DNA of 64,000 nt from Nitrosopumilus sp. Lineage in GTDB: Archaea; Thermoproteota; Nitrososphaeria; Nitrososphaerales; Nitrosopumilaceae. The DNA is taken from assembly GCA_965206745.1 (NCBI GenBank), contig OZ242220.1, positions 96,001 through 160,000 on the forward strand, read 5' to 3'. The position numbers and the translations under genes are program-made. This document shows, piece after piece, positions 1 through 10,481 of the stretch. The notes under the pieces are model-generated. The model had not been told where the DNA came from and did no database searches. It saw only the letters and a list, made by a program, of their open reading frames with translations. Each line of letters starts with the position of its first letter. The first letter of the stretch is position 1.

Positions 1-1998
1 CGCGTACTAACTCACATGTTTAAGAGAGATGTATACATTAGATTCTTAACAATTCTTGCAATTACAGTCATTGTAGTGGGGGTTGTCTTGGTTAATGACA
101 GTATTGCAGATTCAAAAAAGATTGAATTTTTAGGACCGTACACTGCTCAGCAAATCGGCGTAAATCGCCACCTTGGAGAGTTAAATAACATACAAGAGAA
201 CATCCACGACGTCAAGCTTACATCCGTCTCTGCAAACAATATCGATAATTATGTAAAACAAAATAGTGACGTTCTTGATGTAATCCGAATCTGGGATTGG
301 GAAGCATCTAGTACCAAATTAACGCCTGAAATCGGGCTAATCCCATATGTAAAATTTGGAGATAATGATGTTCTTCGCTTTAACGATACTCTGTACTGGA
401 CGGCTTCCATGGAACCTATCACACCTCCTACTGTTAGTGATGAAAATAAATGGTACAATGAACATCTTGTTGTCACTCACGTTCCAAATGGATTTCTAAC
501 CATCGAGGCAACTGATGGTCAGATCATAGATAGCAGTGAATTTTTCCAACAAAGGGAGATCTACTACGGTGAGGGTGGCCTCTTTGCAGAAAAATGGTCT
601 GCCTATCCTAATTCTAGGGGTTCAGAAAGTGACGAAGTTGCAGACGGATACTATACTGGTCAGGGCGGATTGGATGTCTCACCGCCCCTAAGTTGGGCAT
701 TTGAGCCAAACTTTTTACTTTCATTTCCTACCGAATCCGTTCACATCATGAGGTACAAAGACATTCATGACAGAATGGAAACCCTGTATCCCTATTTCCT
801 ATACAACTTGTTTGGAAAAGAACTAGATTCAATTCCTGTAACTGACGGAGAAAAATCCTATTGGCTGATTCCCCTAATCATTGGATTTGATACAGGTGAT
901 GTTCCTTGGTCTATGAGTAACCACTACCTACGTTTGGTAGGCTATGCCCTTGTTGATGCGTACGACGGTGATATTCAATTGCTAAAGACAGGAGATGATT
1001 TCTTTTCAGAAATGTTTGCCAGTCAATACTCTGAACAATTCAAACCAATGCCATCTTGGTTAGAGGAACAGATCAGATACCCAGTAGAACTATTCAAGTG
1101 GAAGACACAGATGTATAATATTTACCATGTAACTAATGTTGAGACCTTTATCCAAGCCAACGAATTTTATGAGATTCCAGCAGGTCTTGACACCTACTAT
1201 GTCCAATCAAAACCGCCTGGTTTTGAGCAGACTGAATTTGTAGGACTGCTTTCCTTGGAATTAAAGGGTTCTAAAAGCCGAAATCTTGCAGGATTCATGA
1301 TAGTTGAAAACGATCTCTCCAATCTAGGCGACATACAATTCTACGAGGTCCCATTAAACTCTACAACAAAATTAATTGGTCCTACTGCAGTCAAGGAGGC
1401 ACTTGAGAAAGATCCGGAATTTGCTCAATTGAAAACCCTGCTGAAAAATACAAGAGTCGGAGACAACATACTGTATCGAGTAGGTGATCACGATGTCTAC
1501 TTTATTTCAGTATATACTTCAGGTGCAACCGGCGTGGTTGCACAATTAGGAACCATTGCTGCAGTAGGGGCCGCATTTAACGGTGAGTATTTTGTCGGGT
1601 TGGGCGAAACCCAAGAAGAGGCATTTGAAGCTTACCTGAAAAAAGTTTCCGGCGTGGCATCAACTACGACTGTCATTGATGCTGATTATATCGAGCTAGA
1701 CAAAAACGATAGAGTTGAAATTATAAAATCAGTATTTGCAACAAATGACATTTCTGTATCTGAGCCAACATCCATTCAGATTCCACTGTCATTTAATGAA
1801 GGAGAACTCTTCTTCTTTACTGAAAATGACCGCGTACCCACCGAAGAATTCCTGTCTACATTCATAGATGACTTTGTAAAACCACATAGTAAGAGGGTAC
1901 TCATATGGGAAGAAGGCATCATTCTCAACATTGGAACTGTATCTGTAACAGATGGACTTCCCGAGATACATTACGTATCAATTGAGGTAGGCAACTAA
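1..1998 (+). CDS. UPF0182-family membrane protein, 5'-truncated by the window edge
   Basis: Frame is open from base 1. Motifs IRIWD, HLVVTH, REIYYGE, VDAYDG and QIRYPVELF are typical of UPF0182. Confidence 0.75.
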   Translation, partial: RVLTHMFKRDVYIRFLTILAITVIVVGVVLVNDSIADSKKIEFLGPYTAQQIGVNRHLGELNNIQENIHDVKLTSVSANNIDNYVKQNSDVLDVIRIWDWEASSTKLTPEIGLIPYVKFGDNDVLRFNDTLYWTASMEPITPPTVSDENKWYNEHLVVTHVPNGFLTIEATDGQIIDSSEFFQQREIYYGEGGLFAEKWSAYPNSRGSESDEVADGYYTGQGGLDVSPPLSWAFEPNFLLSFPTESVHIMRYKDIHDRMETLYPYFLYNLFGKELDSIPVTDGEKSYWLIPLIIGFDTGDVPWSMSNHYLRLVGYALVDAYDGDIQLLKTGDDFFSEMFASQYSEQFKPMPSWLEEQIRYPVELFKWKTQMYNIYHVTNVETFIQANEFYEIPAGLDTYYVQSKPPGFEQTEFVGLLSLELKGSKSRNLAGFMIVENDLSNLGDIQFYEVPLNSTTKLIGPTAVKEALEKDPEFAQLKTLLKNTRVGDNILYRVGDHDVYFISVYTSGATGVVAQLGTIAAVGAAFNGEYFVGLGETQEEAFEAYLKKVSGVASTTTVIDADYIELDKNDRVEIIKSVFATNDISVSEPTSIQIPLSFNEGELFFFTENDRVPTEEFLSTFIDDFVKPHSKRVLIWEEGIILNIGTVSVTDGLPEIHYVSIEVGN

Positions 1999-2541
1999 TT
2001 GCTTCTTGTTGTTGACAACGGTTCTATTTACACAAAACAGTTGACTGGTTTTTTAAACGAGAAAGAGATCCCATTTGAAAAACAGCCACCGCAACTCCTG
2101 AACCTTGACTCGCTTCCAAATTATAGCTCCTTCATTCTTTCCGGACGTAGGAAAAATGAAAAAAGGATCAACAAAGTCAATTCAAAAATCATCATGCACT
2201 GCATCAAAAATAATGATAAACTGCTTGGAATCTGCTATGGTGCGGAAATTTTGGCACTCACTCTGGGTGGCACAATTCGGAAAACCCCCTCATTGCAGAA
2301 GGGGGATGAGCTAATCCAAGTCATCGGCGATAATCCCCTCTGTGATAGTTCCCTGCAGGTATTTGAAAGTCATGGTTTTGAGATATCCAAACTGCCTGAT
2401 ACCCTAACTCCCATTGCAAAGTCAAAGAATTGCAAATATGAGATTGTCCAATATGAAAAAAGACTAATTTTTGGAACTCAGTTTCATCCGGAGATGAGTC
2501 CTGATGGTAATGATCTAATTGAAAAATTCTGCCTGCTCTGA
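1999..2541 (+). CDS. Class I glutamine amidotransferase (GMP synthase subunit A-like)
   Basis: LLVVDNGS start, LGICYG nucleophile elbow, QFHPE His-Glu motif. Confidence 0.85.
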   Translation: MLLVVDNGSIYTKQLTGFLNEKEIPFEKQPPQLLNLDSLPNYSSFILSGRRKNEKRINKVNSKIIMHCIKNNDKLLGICYGAEILALTLGGTIRKTPSLQKGDELIQVIGDNPLCDSSLQVFESHGFEISKLPDTLTPIAKSKNCKYEIVQYEKRLIFGTQFHPEMSPDGNDLIEKFCLL

Positions 2542-2575
2542 TTGATTTTAATAACTCTCAAAATTTCCCTCTCAC

Positions 2576-3538
2576 ATGGATCAAGAGGATCATCAATTAC
2601 TTTTACCCCTAGTTAAAGATGAAAACATCTGCCTGCCCTTGCCAATCAACGTGGTATCAAGGTACTGGAATGTTGATCTGCCTATGGCAGAAGCCCTTGA
2701 ATCTGCAAAAAAATACTCTGGATTTGATGGCAGTATACTGATTGAGGGAATAGAGACTGCAGAGAGACACGGCCTAACCTGCAAGGTGGTCAACTCTTCT
2801 TTAATCGAGTTAAAAAAAATCATTGACTTGGGAATTCCGCCGATTGTAATCCTTCCCGGAATTCCTGAAATCACACAGCATGCCTCTGTAATTACCGGTT
2901 TTGACGAAGAGGAAGAAACGATCTTGCATTATATCCAGAATGATAATCAAAAGGGGGAACAACAGGAGGGGGCAATACCCCAAAGTATCTTTGAGAAAGA
3001 ATGGTCTGAGGAGGGAAGACTGTTGATCATTTTGGCGCCTTTTGATATTTTATCCTCGATAACACTGGAAAATGACTCTAGTGATAAACCAAACAGACTG
3101 TGTCTGGTTTCTGAAAAAGAAAACATCTTAAAAAATACCCCCCAAGCTCTTGAATCACTAAAGCAAGCTATGGAACTAGATGAAGACAACCCGACTGCCT
3201 TGAACCTATTTGGTGCGATGCTCAACGCCCAAAATTCCCCTGATTGTATAAAATACTATGAAAAATGTTTGCAAATCAACAAAAAATCATATCTGACCTA
3301 TAATGGCATGGGAAATTTTTATCTCAAAACCGACCAGTTTGAAAAGGCGGAAAGTTACTACACAAAGGCCATTGAAATTAACCCAAAGCGTTCTGCAAAA
3401 ATATACAAAAACCGTGCTTATCTTAGAGAGAAACAAAATAGGAATGCAGAAGCAAAAGACGATCTCAAAAACTATTTGAAACATCATCCCAGGGCTCCCG
3501 ACAGGGGGGTAATAGAACAGGCAATCAGGGAGTTATGA
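2576..3538 (+). CDS. Peptidase C39-like domain plus TPR-repeat protein
   Basis: N-terminal ENICLP (Cys) and HASVITGFD (His); C-terminal TPR-like repeats (YNGMGNFY...AESYYTKAIEINP). Confidence 0.7.
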   Translation: MDQEDHQLLLPLVKDENICLPLPINVVSRYWNVDLPMAEALESAKKYSGFDGSILIEGIETAERHGLTCKVVNSSLIELKKIIDLGIPPIVILPGIPEITQHASVITGFDEEEETILHYIQNDNQKGEQQEGAIPQSIFEKEWSEEGRLLIILAPFDILSSITLENDSSDKPNRLCLVSEKENILKNTPQALESLKQAMELDEDNPTALNLFGAMLNAQNSPDCIKYYEKCLQINKKSYLTYNGMGNFYLKTDQFEKAESYYTKAIEINPKRSAKIYKNRAYLREKQNRNAEAKDDLKNYLKHHPRAPDRGVIEQAIREL

Positions 3539-3612
3539 TGCGGAGTGCGGGATTTGAACCCGCGGCCTTCAGCTTGGGAAGCTGACGTCATACCAGACTA
3601 AACTAACTCCGC
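3539..3612 (-). tRNA. tRNA-Gly(CCC)
   Basis: Reverse complement folds as a cloverleaf: acceptor GCGGAGT/ACTCCGC, anticodon arm TCAGC-TTCCCAA-GCTGA, T-loop GGTTCAAATCC. Confidence 0.95.
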
Positions 3613-3858
3613 TCGCGCAGATCTTAGATCATCTTACTAAAAACGATTTTTCTCTTACTGAATTTGACAAACAATGATCGGGTAAAAAGGAAAGTTTAGT
3701 GTACTATCCACAAAACTTGGAATTTATACAGATTTTAGGCATAAAAGATGAGGAATTTAAAGATAAACCATGTAAAAAAAGAGGATCTTTTGAAAAGATC
3801 GCCGGAAATATGATCAGTTTACAAATAATGGGTGATTACACAGAACCGTATTCATTGA

Positions 3859-4542
3859 CTATTGGAACAAATCCGGCATTCTAACATTTGATGGAAGAAA
3901 TTCCAGAATGTCTAAAGGATCATCAAGCTCTATTGCACCGTATTTTATCATCTCTTCGGGCCACTCTAATTTTGGATCATGTACTGCTGATTTGCATATG
4001 AACAGCGGTCTTCCCAGCCTCAGCGACTCCCATCCTTGATATAATGTCCCACTCCCTTCCCCTGCCTCTATAATTACAGAAGCATCAGAAATTAACGCCA
4101 TTGTATGATTTCGCAGGACAAAATTTTTTTTCGTAGTTGGATATCCGACGGGATACTGAGAAATAATCAGATTGCTCTCCATCATCTTTTCCTGTAATTT
4201 GGCATTCTCTTTTGGATATACTTTGTTTAATGGCGTTCCAATAATGGCAACGGTCCTGCCACCATTATTGATGGCGGTTTTATGTCCAACTGTGTCAATC
4301 CCTTTTGCAAGTCCGCCCACAATGATGACATTATTTTCTACGAGAATTTTTGTAACATGCTCTGCTGCAGAAATTCCCTCTTTTGTTGGCTCTCTTGTAC
4401 CAATCACCGAAACTCTGGGACACGGTAATGGAATCTGCATCGGTCCTACACAATAGATTGTTTCTGGAGCATGTTTTTCCTCAATGTCATTTAATGAATG
4501 CCCTAACAAAGTTTTCAAATCCATGGATTGGTATTCTGTCAT
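3859..4542 (-). CDS. dprA: Short DprA/Smf-family (SLOG Rossmann fold) protein
   Basis: VSVIGTR, GGLAKGIDT, FVLRNHTM, IIEAGEGSGT motifs. Core domain only, 227 aa. Confidence 0.85.
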   Translation of the reverse strand: MTEYQSMDLKTLLGHSLNDIEEKHAPETIYCVGPMQIPLPCPRVSVIGTREPTKEGISAAEHVTKILVENNVIIVGGLAKGIDTVGHKTAINNGGRTVAIIGTPLNKVYPKENAKLQEKMMESNLIISQYPVGYPTTKKNFVLRNHTMALISDASVIIEAGEGSGTLYQGWESLRLGRPLFICKSAVHDPKLEWPEEMIKYGAIELDDPLDILEFLPSNVRMPDLFQ

Positions 4543-4739
4543 TCTCTTTCACATCTATTACAACCTGATATCTTTAAAACTTTCATGATGATGTCATCTA
4601 TACCTTTAGTTGTACGTGAATCAACACTGTCGAAAATATTTTTGTTCCCAGTTTTTTTGAATATATGATCTCGTACTGGTCTCTGGGTTATTACATAATT
4701 ATAGAGTTGGAAAGTCTTTTGGCATGGTCAGTTGCAGTA

Positions 4740-5276
4740 CTAGTTGACAGTAATCTCTATCTCACTGGAGCTGTTTTTGACGCTTCCAGTCTCTGTAAAG
4801 TCATGCTTTTGCCAGGATGCAAAAGCTTCTGCCCCAATCTTGTGTCTGCCTTTTCCCAAATCCGATGCTTTGAACACAAATTTTTCATCAAAGTCAAACA
4901 GTTCCTCCCTGACTTCCTCCTCTGTCAATCTGATAAATGGCTCAAAGTTCTTGGCTATCTGCACCCAAATTCGCCTATCCTTCATCGGATTGACCAGTTT
5001 TGGGTTTCTTGTCCAGAATATTGATACCTTCCTGTAAGTGTCAACGGTTCTCCCCAACTCTTTCTTTCTTAATCCCCCAGTTGTCAATTTTGTACCGTAT
5101 TTCAACTTGAATGAGACATCGTTGTTGTTGTACGCTCTAGTCCAATTGGCCTCATTGAAGGCATTTCTGAGGTCCCCCTCAACTGAAAACTGGACATTTA
5201 TCTCAATATTCTCATCAGGCGCGTATTCATCCTTGGACTTTGCCAATTTTATTGCTGAAATCTTACTTTCTCCCAT
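4740..5276 (-). CDS. Hypothetical protein (beta-rich)
   Basis: 178-aa ORF divergent from rpoL with core-like composition; no motif recognised. Confidence 0.7.
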   Translation of the reverse strand: MGESKISAIKLAKSKDEYAPDENIEINVQFSVEGDLRNAFNEANWTRAYNNNDVSFKLKYGTKLTTGGLRKKELGRTVDTYRKVSIFWTRNPKLVNPMKDRRIWVQIAKNFEPFIRLTEEEVREELFDFDEKFVFKASDLGKGRHKIGAEAFASWQKHDFTETGSVKNSSSEIEITVN

Positions 5277-5308
5277 ATCCTTCTCATAATGATTTATATC
5301 CGCAATAA

Positions 5309-5605
5309 GTGCTTTTTCTGAATAACATGAACGCAGAAGTACTCAGTTCTGGCTCCAAAGAAATCAGCCTTTCAATCACTGAAACTGATATAGGGATTTT
5401 ATACATAATTCAGCATGAATTGCTAAAAGCATCAACCATTGACTTTGCAGGCGTTATTGTAAAGCACCCTCTAACCAATGAGTGTTGGATGAGAGTCAAT
5501 TCTAGCTCAAAACCGCTAGGTGAAATTAAAAAAGCAACAGAATCAGCAGGAAAAATGGCTCAAGAGTTTAATCAACTATTTCATTCCCAAATCAAGGTAA
5601 ATTAG
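5309..5605 (+). CDS. rpoL: DNA-directed RNA polymerase subunit L (Rpo11); start probably ATG at 5328
   Basis: FAGVIVKHPL motif; conserved rpoL-tfs-pcn order. Confidence 0.8.
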   Translation: MLFLNNMNAEVLSSGSKEISLSITETDIGILYIIQHELLKASTIDFAGVIVKHPLTNECWMRVNSSSKPLGEIKKATESAGKMAQEFNQLFHSQIKVN

Positions 5606-5606
5606 A

Positions 5607-5921
5607 TTGAAGTTTTGCCCCAAATGTGAGGTCAAATTAAAAAACAGTGATTCGGGCCTCCAATGTTCCAAATGCGGTTACACTGAAGGCGGACAGGCAA
5701 AAACAAAAAAGGTTGCTGCCGAAGAGGAACCAGATTTCTCCCTGCTTGCTTTTGAGGGGGACGAGGGAGAGGAATCCCTGCCAACAACAAAGATAGATTG
5801 TGAAAAATGCGGACACGACGAAGCAGTGGGATGGATGTTCCAAACAAGGAGTGCAGATGAGCCCACAACTAGATTCTATCGGTGCTTGAAATGCAAGCAT
5901 ACTTGGCGGGACTATACATAA
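5607..5921 (+). CDS. tfs: Transcription elongation factor TFS (RpoM family)
   Basis: Two zinc ribbons and QTRSADEP with the acidic DE pair. Confidence 0.9.
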   Translation: MKFCPKCEVKLKNSDSGLQCSKCGYTEGGQAKTKKVAAEEEPDFSLLAFEGDEGEESLPTTKIDCEKCGHDEAVGWMFQTRSADEPTTRFYRCLKCKHTWRDYT

Positions 5922-5956
5922 AGATTTAACTGGAACATAAAGACAGGAAAATTGAT

Positions 5957-6703
5957 TTGACTTTTGGGGCAAAAACTAGCGGATCAGATGATCTAAAGGC
6001 CATCATCTCTGCAATATCCACACTTGTTGAGGAGGCAACTTTTGTTGCAACGGCAGAAGGAATTACTTTTAGGGGGATGGATCCGTCACACGTAGCTCTT
6101 ATTGATATCTCATGGCCCAACTCTGCATTTGAAAAATATGAGTGTGACAGCGATGTCAAGTTTGGAGTAAGGATTGACGAGTTCTCCAAGGTTATCAAGA
6201 GGGCAGACAAAAAAGACAGCATAGAGATCGGCATTTCTGAACAAAACATGCTGCTTGTAACGGTTGGAAAAAATAAAAAATACAAGATGCGACTGATTGA
6301 AAGTTCTGCAACTGATACCCCGTTACCAAAGATACCGTATGATTCAAAGATCGTCCTGACCTCCTCAAAGTTTGACAAGATTCTCGGCGACGTCCAGGTT
6401 GTATCTGACTATCTTACAATACAGACATCTGACTCAAAGGGGGACTTTTCTGGAAAAGGTGATTCCGGAGAGGTTGTAATTGAACTGGAAAAGGATGACA
6501 AAGAGATTGAGGAGATTTCCTCAAAGGAGGACAGTGTTGGCACGTACAGCCTTGAATATCTAAACCCCGTAGTCAAGGCAGTCGGCTCCAACGTAGGCTC
6601 GATTACATGCGAATTTTCAAGCGCAAAACCTCTCAGAGTCGAATTCAAGGTGGCAAATATTGGCAGAATCCACTTTTATCTGGCTCCACGCGTGGAAAGT
6701 TAA
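5957..6703 (+). CDS. pcn: DNA polymerase sliding clamp PCNA
   Basis: MDPSHVALI, YSLEYL and FYLAPR motifs; 248 aa. Confidence 0.95.
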   Translation: MTFGAKTSGSDDLKAIISAISTLVEEATFVATAEGITFRGMDPSHVALIDISWPNSAFEKYECDSDVKFGVRIDEFSKVIKRADKKDSIEIGISEQNMLLVTVGKNKKYKMRLIESSATDTPLPKIPYDSKIVLTSSKFDKILGDVQVVSDYLTIQTSDSKGDFSGKGDSGEVVIELEKDDKEIEEISSKEDSVGTYSLEYLNPVVKAVGSNVGSITCEFSSAKPLRVEFKVANIGRIHFYLAPRVES

Positions 6704-6738
6704 AGCATTTAAAGATTAACTAGTTCAGTTACTTTGAA

Positions 6739-8142
6739 TTGAGACTTGTAATAAAATACGGCGGAACATCAATCTCCACTGCCAAACATATTCAGGATGT
6801 GGCTGCCCACCTTGGTGAACTATCAAAGAACAATCAGATCGTTGTCGTCTGCTCTGCAACAAGCAGAACCACTGATGACTTGCTGGAGATATCCGAGTCG
6901 ATAAAAAAAGAAAACAAGTCTGCAGCCGAACAGCTGGCATCAAAAATCATCAATAGGCACAGGCAGCTGGCTGAACAGACCATCAAGAAACCTGACGTGC
7001 ATAAAAAATTACTGGCAAAACTCGACGAAGATTTTGTGGAACTTCTTGCTTTAATTGACGGAATGGTACTGTTAGGTGAGGTTACATCTAGGTCAAGGGA
7101 CTATCTGATTTCATTCGGTGAGAGACTGTCAACAAAATTAGTTTCAGCAGCAGTCAGTGATTCGGGAAAAAAATCAGTCCCCCTGACCGGAAAGGAGGCA
7201 GGCATTGTCACTGATTCCAATTTTGGAGAGTCAAAGCCATTAATGGACACGACAAGACTTCGAGTGTCAAAGACTATGGATGCATTACTGGCAAAGGAGA
7301 CGATTCCCGTTGTCGGGGGATTTGCAGGTGCAGACCAGCACGGACACATGACCACCTTTGGTAGGGGCGGATCTGACTATTCGGCCACAACAATAGGTTC
7401 CTGCATCAGGGCAGACGAGATCTGGCTGATGAGTGATGTGGACGGCCTGATGACTGCCGATCCAAAGATTGTAAAAAATGCCAAACTGCTCAAGGAAGTG
7501 TCATACATCGAGGTAATCGAGATGGCCTTGTTTGGTGCAAAGCAGATACATCCGCGGACATTTGAACCCCTGTTGGACAAGAAGATACCTATGAAGATCA
7601 GAAATTCCTTCAATATCAAAAATGAGGGAACCCTGGTCTCTGCATCCACCTCGTCTTCTGTCCAAAATACTGTAAAATGCGTGAGCAATGTTCGGAACAA
7701 CGGACTAATCGATGTAAGGGGCGGCAGCATGGTTGGAACACCCGGCACTGCTGCCAAGATATTTGCAACCCTGGCAAAAGCTGGAATCAACGTGATGATG
7801 ATCTCTCAAAACCCCTCTGAATCAAGCATAACCATCGTGCTGAAAAACGCCGATCTTGACAAAGCCGTCAGCGCACTGGAGATGACACTGCTGGGCAAAA
7901 TTATTAAAAAACTCGAAGTCACTACAAATGTTGCAATAATAGCGCTGATCGGTTCCGGAATGAGGGGAACAGTCGGGGTCGCATCCAAGGTCTTTGGTGC
8001 AATTGAGAAAAACAAGATAAACGTGTCAATGATTACGCAGGGTTCCTCTGAGCTCAACCTCGCATTTGTGGTAAAAAATTCTGATGCAGATGCGGCCGTC
8101 AAGGCGCTGCACGACGAGTTCACATTGGACAAAATCAACTAG
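6739..8142 (+). CDS. lysC: Aspartate kinase with two ACT domains
   Basis: KYGGTS, GRGGSDYSA, DVDGLMTADP and C-terminal ACT repeats. Confidence 0.95.
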   Translation: MRLVIKYGGTSISTAKHIQDVAAHLGELSKNNQIVVVCSATSRTTDDLLEISESIKKENKSAAEQLASKIINRHRQLAEQTIKKPDVHKKLLAKLDEDFVELLALIDGMVLLGEVTSRSRDYLISFGERLSTKLVSAAVSDSGKKSVPLTGKEAGIVTDSNFGESKPLMDTTRLRVSKTMDALLAKETIPVVGGFAGADQHGHMTTFGRGGSDYSATTIGSCIRADEIWLMSDVDGLMTADPKIVKNAKLLKEVSYIEVIEMALFGAKQIHPRTFEPLLDKKIPMKIRNSFNIKNEGTLVSASTSSSVQNTVKCVSNVRNNGLIDVRGGSMVGTPGTAAKIFATLAKAGINVMMISQNPSESSITIVLKNADLDKAVSALEMTLLGKIIKKLEVTTNVAIIALIGSGMRGTVGVASKVFGAIEKNKINVSMITQGSSELNLAFVVKNSDADAAVKALHDEFTLDKIN

Positions 8143-8176
8143 GGCAAATAATTTAAATGAATCAGTCTGAGAATAT

Positions 8177-9658
8177 TTGTTGAACAAGCTTCAATCTATC
8201 CTAATAGTTGCAATTTTCGTGGCAGGCGTGGTGCTCATATCCTCGTCAGCTGATCAATACGTCGATGCCGGTCCTAGAAAAAAAATTCAATTTACTGAAA
8301 CGATAACATCATCCCAAGATCCTGGCCAGGGGCATGAAGGTCACCAGTTGGCACTCATACTGTCCCCCAATGAGGGAACAATCTATACTGGTTCCATGAC
8401 GTTCACCTCTAGCGAGCCTGTGGAGATCATGATTTTACATGAGATTGATTCGCGGGAATCAAAAGGCCAGCCCACATGGACTGTGAATGGAAAAACAATA
8501 TACGGTATGTCCCTGATCGGCTTGGAGAGAAACTCGGGTTCATTTGAGTTTACAGGGGCAGCCGTTGCACTGCACAAGCCGGACTCTAAGGAATTCACCG
8601 CCACAGTAAGTGCTGATGGATGGATCAGGGGGCAGTATACAGAGGTGGCAATGCAAAAAATTGAACTGGAGGAGCAAGAGCCCACCCATCTGCTTTCAAG
8701 GACAAATGTGCCTGCCACCATTCCGATGCATGAGGGAATCCATGAGGGAGGTCCGGTATACTACATCATAACTGACGGCAGCGATGAGGGATACTCGGAG
8801 AGCCTTTCAGAAAAACAGGGATGGAATGTCGAGCTTGCCCCGCCACTTGCAGGTGTTCCAGAAAAGGCACTCCAAAAACTATACATCTTTAAAAACGGGG
8901 TAGAGGGAAATGGAATCCATGGATTTCAAAACGAGGTATTCTCTAGTACCCCATCACAGGAATCGCAGTACAGTGCTTTGAATTCCGTAATTGAAGTTAC
9001 CTGGAAGGTGGGCCAAAAGGAGACTGAATTTGAATCCGAAGCAGACATAATTACAGCAAAGGAGGGCGGCAGGATTGGATTTAACGAGACGGGAGTCGTT
9101 CTAAACGCACCGCAAATTATCTGGCCTGACGGACAGATGACGGTTCGTCCGGACAAGGAGATTACTGACGAGATGCCTTACAGTGGCGGGCAGATCACCG
9201 AAATCAACAAAGAGGAGATGACTGTCACTTTTGTAGCTCATCGGGGCTGGGGCCCTGATGGAAGAACTATCTACTATATCGTAACTGATGCAACGCCGTC
9301 AGGACCTGCCGAGACAATGGGCGTTGTGTCCTCCCCGAGGTCAGCACATCTGATTGCCCATTCCGGGGCAGTCGATCTGTTCCAGTTTAAGAATGGAATT
9401 CTCGGTTCTGGTCCGCTAGGATTTCAGCCGGGAATTGCCGGGGCCTCACTGGGGGATGCAAATTACAGCCCCATGTGGCGAATCTATCTGGTCGAATGGA
9501 ATGATGCAGAATCTGCCAAGATCCTCGAGACCAAGTCAGATATCGACTCTTTTCATGCAAAAGACCTGCTGTCAGTCAGTATCGCACGACCGACAAACAG
9601 CGATCATATAGTTAATTGCCCGTTTATTGATCCCTTCCAAAACCCACTAAAAGGATAA
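8177..9658 (+). CDS. Exported protein with two internally repeated domains
   Basis: Signal peptide; repeated YYIITDGS...FKNG...GFQ...YS and YYIVTDAT...FKNG...GFQ...YSPMW. Confidence 0.7.
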   Translation: MLNKLQSILIVAIFVAGVVLISSSADQYVDAGPRKKIQFTETITSSQDPGQGHEGHQLALILSPNEGTIYTGSMTFTSSEPVEIMILHEIDSRESKGQPTWTVNGKTIYGMSLIGLERNSGSFEFTGAAVALHKPDSKEFTATVSADGWIRGQYTEVAMQKIELEEQEPTHLLSRTNVPATIPMHEGIHEGGPVYYIITDGSDEGYSESLSEKQGWNVELAPPLAGVPEKALQKLYIFKNGVEGNGIHGFQNEVFSSTPSQESQYSALNSVIEVTWKVGQKETEFESEADIITAKEGGRIGFNETGVVLNAPQIIWPDGQMTVRPDKEITDEMPYSGGQITEINKEEMTVTFVAHRGWGPDGRTIYYIVTDATPSGPAETMGVVSSPRSAHLIAHSGAVDLFQFKNGILGSGPLGFQPGIAGASLGDANYSPMWRIYLVEWNDAESAKILETKSDIDSFHAKDLLSVSIARPTNSDHIVNCPFIDPFQNPLKG

Positions 9659-9680
9659 ATTACTTGACAAAAAATTTCTT

Positions 9681-10481
9681 TTGAAATTGGCAGGCAAGCT
9701 CTACATCGTCGGTGTCGGACCAGGTCATCATGATCACATGACATTTCGTGCAAAAAAAGTAATCGGTGAGAGTGACACCATTGTCGGTTATGAGACCTAT
9801 GTAAACCTGGTCGCAGATCTCATTGAGGGCAAGACTGTCCATCGCTATGCCATGACACAGGAGGTGGAGAGGGCACACCAGTGCATTGATCTTGCAAAGT
9901 CTGGCAAGACCGTGTCGCTTGTCTCCAGCGGTGATCCCGGAATTTACGGAATGGCAGGACTCATCTATGAGACGCTTGCCGAATCTGGCTGGAGTCCAAA
10001 GGACGGGCTTGAGGTGGAGATTGTTCCAGGCGTATCTGCACTGAACTCATGTGCATCGATAATCGGCTCGCCACTGATGACTGACTTTGCAGTGGTAAGC
10101 ATGAGTGATCTGCTGGTTCCATGGGAGATCATTACAAAAAGGGTCGAGGCAGCCGCACAGGGCGACTTTGTGATCGTGATTTATAATCCTGCCAGCAAGA
10201 AGAGGATTCACCAGTTGCAGGATACGAGAAAGACCCTTTTAAAATACAGAAAGCCCACTACACCAGTTGCAATCATCAAGGGCGCATTTCGAGAGTCTGA
10301 GACTGTGGTCATGACGGATTTGGAGAACCTGCCTGACCATTCAGATCAGCTGGGCATGATTAGTACCGTAATTGTAGGAAACTCCTCAACATACACCTAC
10401 AAGGATCTGATGATTAATCCGCGGGGCTACAAGTCAAAATATAATTTAGAAGAGCAGACCAATCCGAACCTCAAAGTCTAA
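9681..10481 (+). CDS. cbiH: Precorrin-3B C17-methyltransferase
   Basis: LYIVGVGPG, SSGDPGIYGMAG, SMSDLLVPWE, MINPRGY. Confidence 0.92.
   Translation: MKLAGKLYIVGVGPGHHDHMTFRAKKVIGESDTIVGYETYVNLVADLIEGKTVHRYAMTQEVERAHQCIDLAKSGKTVSLVSSGDPGIYGMAGLIYETLAESGWSPKDGLEVEIVPGVSALNSCASIIGSPLMTDFAVVSMSDLLVPWEIITKRVEAAAQGDFVIVIYNPASKKRIHQLQDTRKTLLKYRKPTTPVAIIKGAFRESETVVMTDLENLPDHSDQLGMISTVIVGNSSTYTYKDLMINPRGYKSKYNLEEQTNPNLKV

Noticed and set aside
3539-3612. tRNA-Gly as integration site for dprA
   Set aside because: dprA lies on the 5' side of the tRNA; no duplicated tRNA 3' end or integrase was seen.
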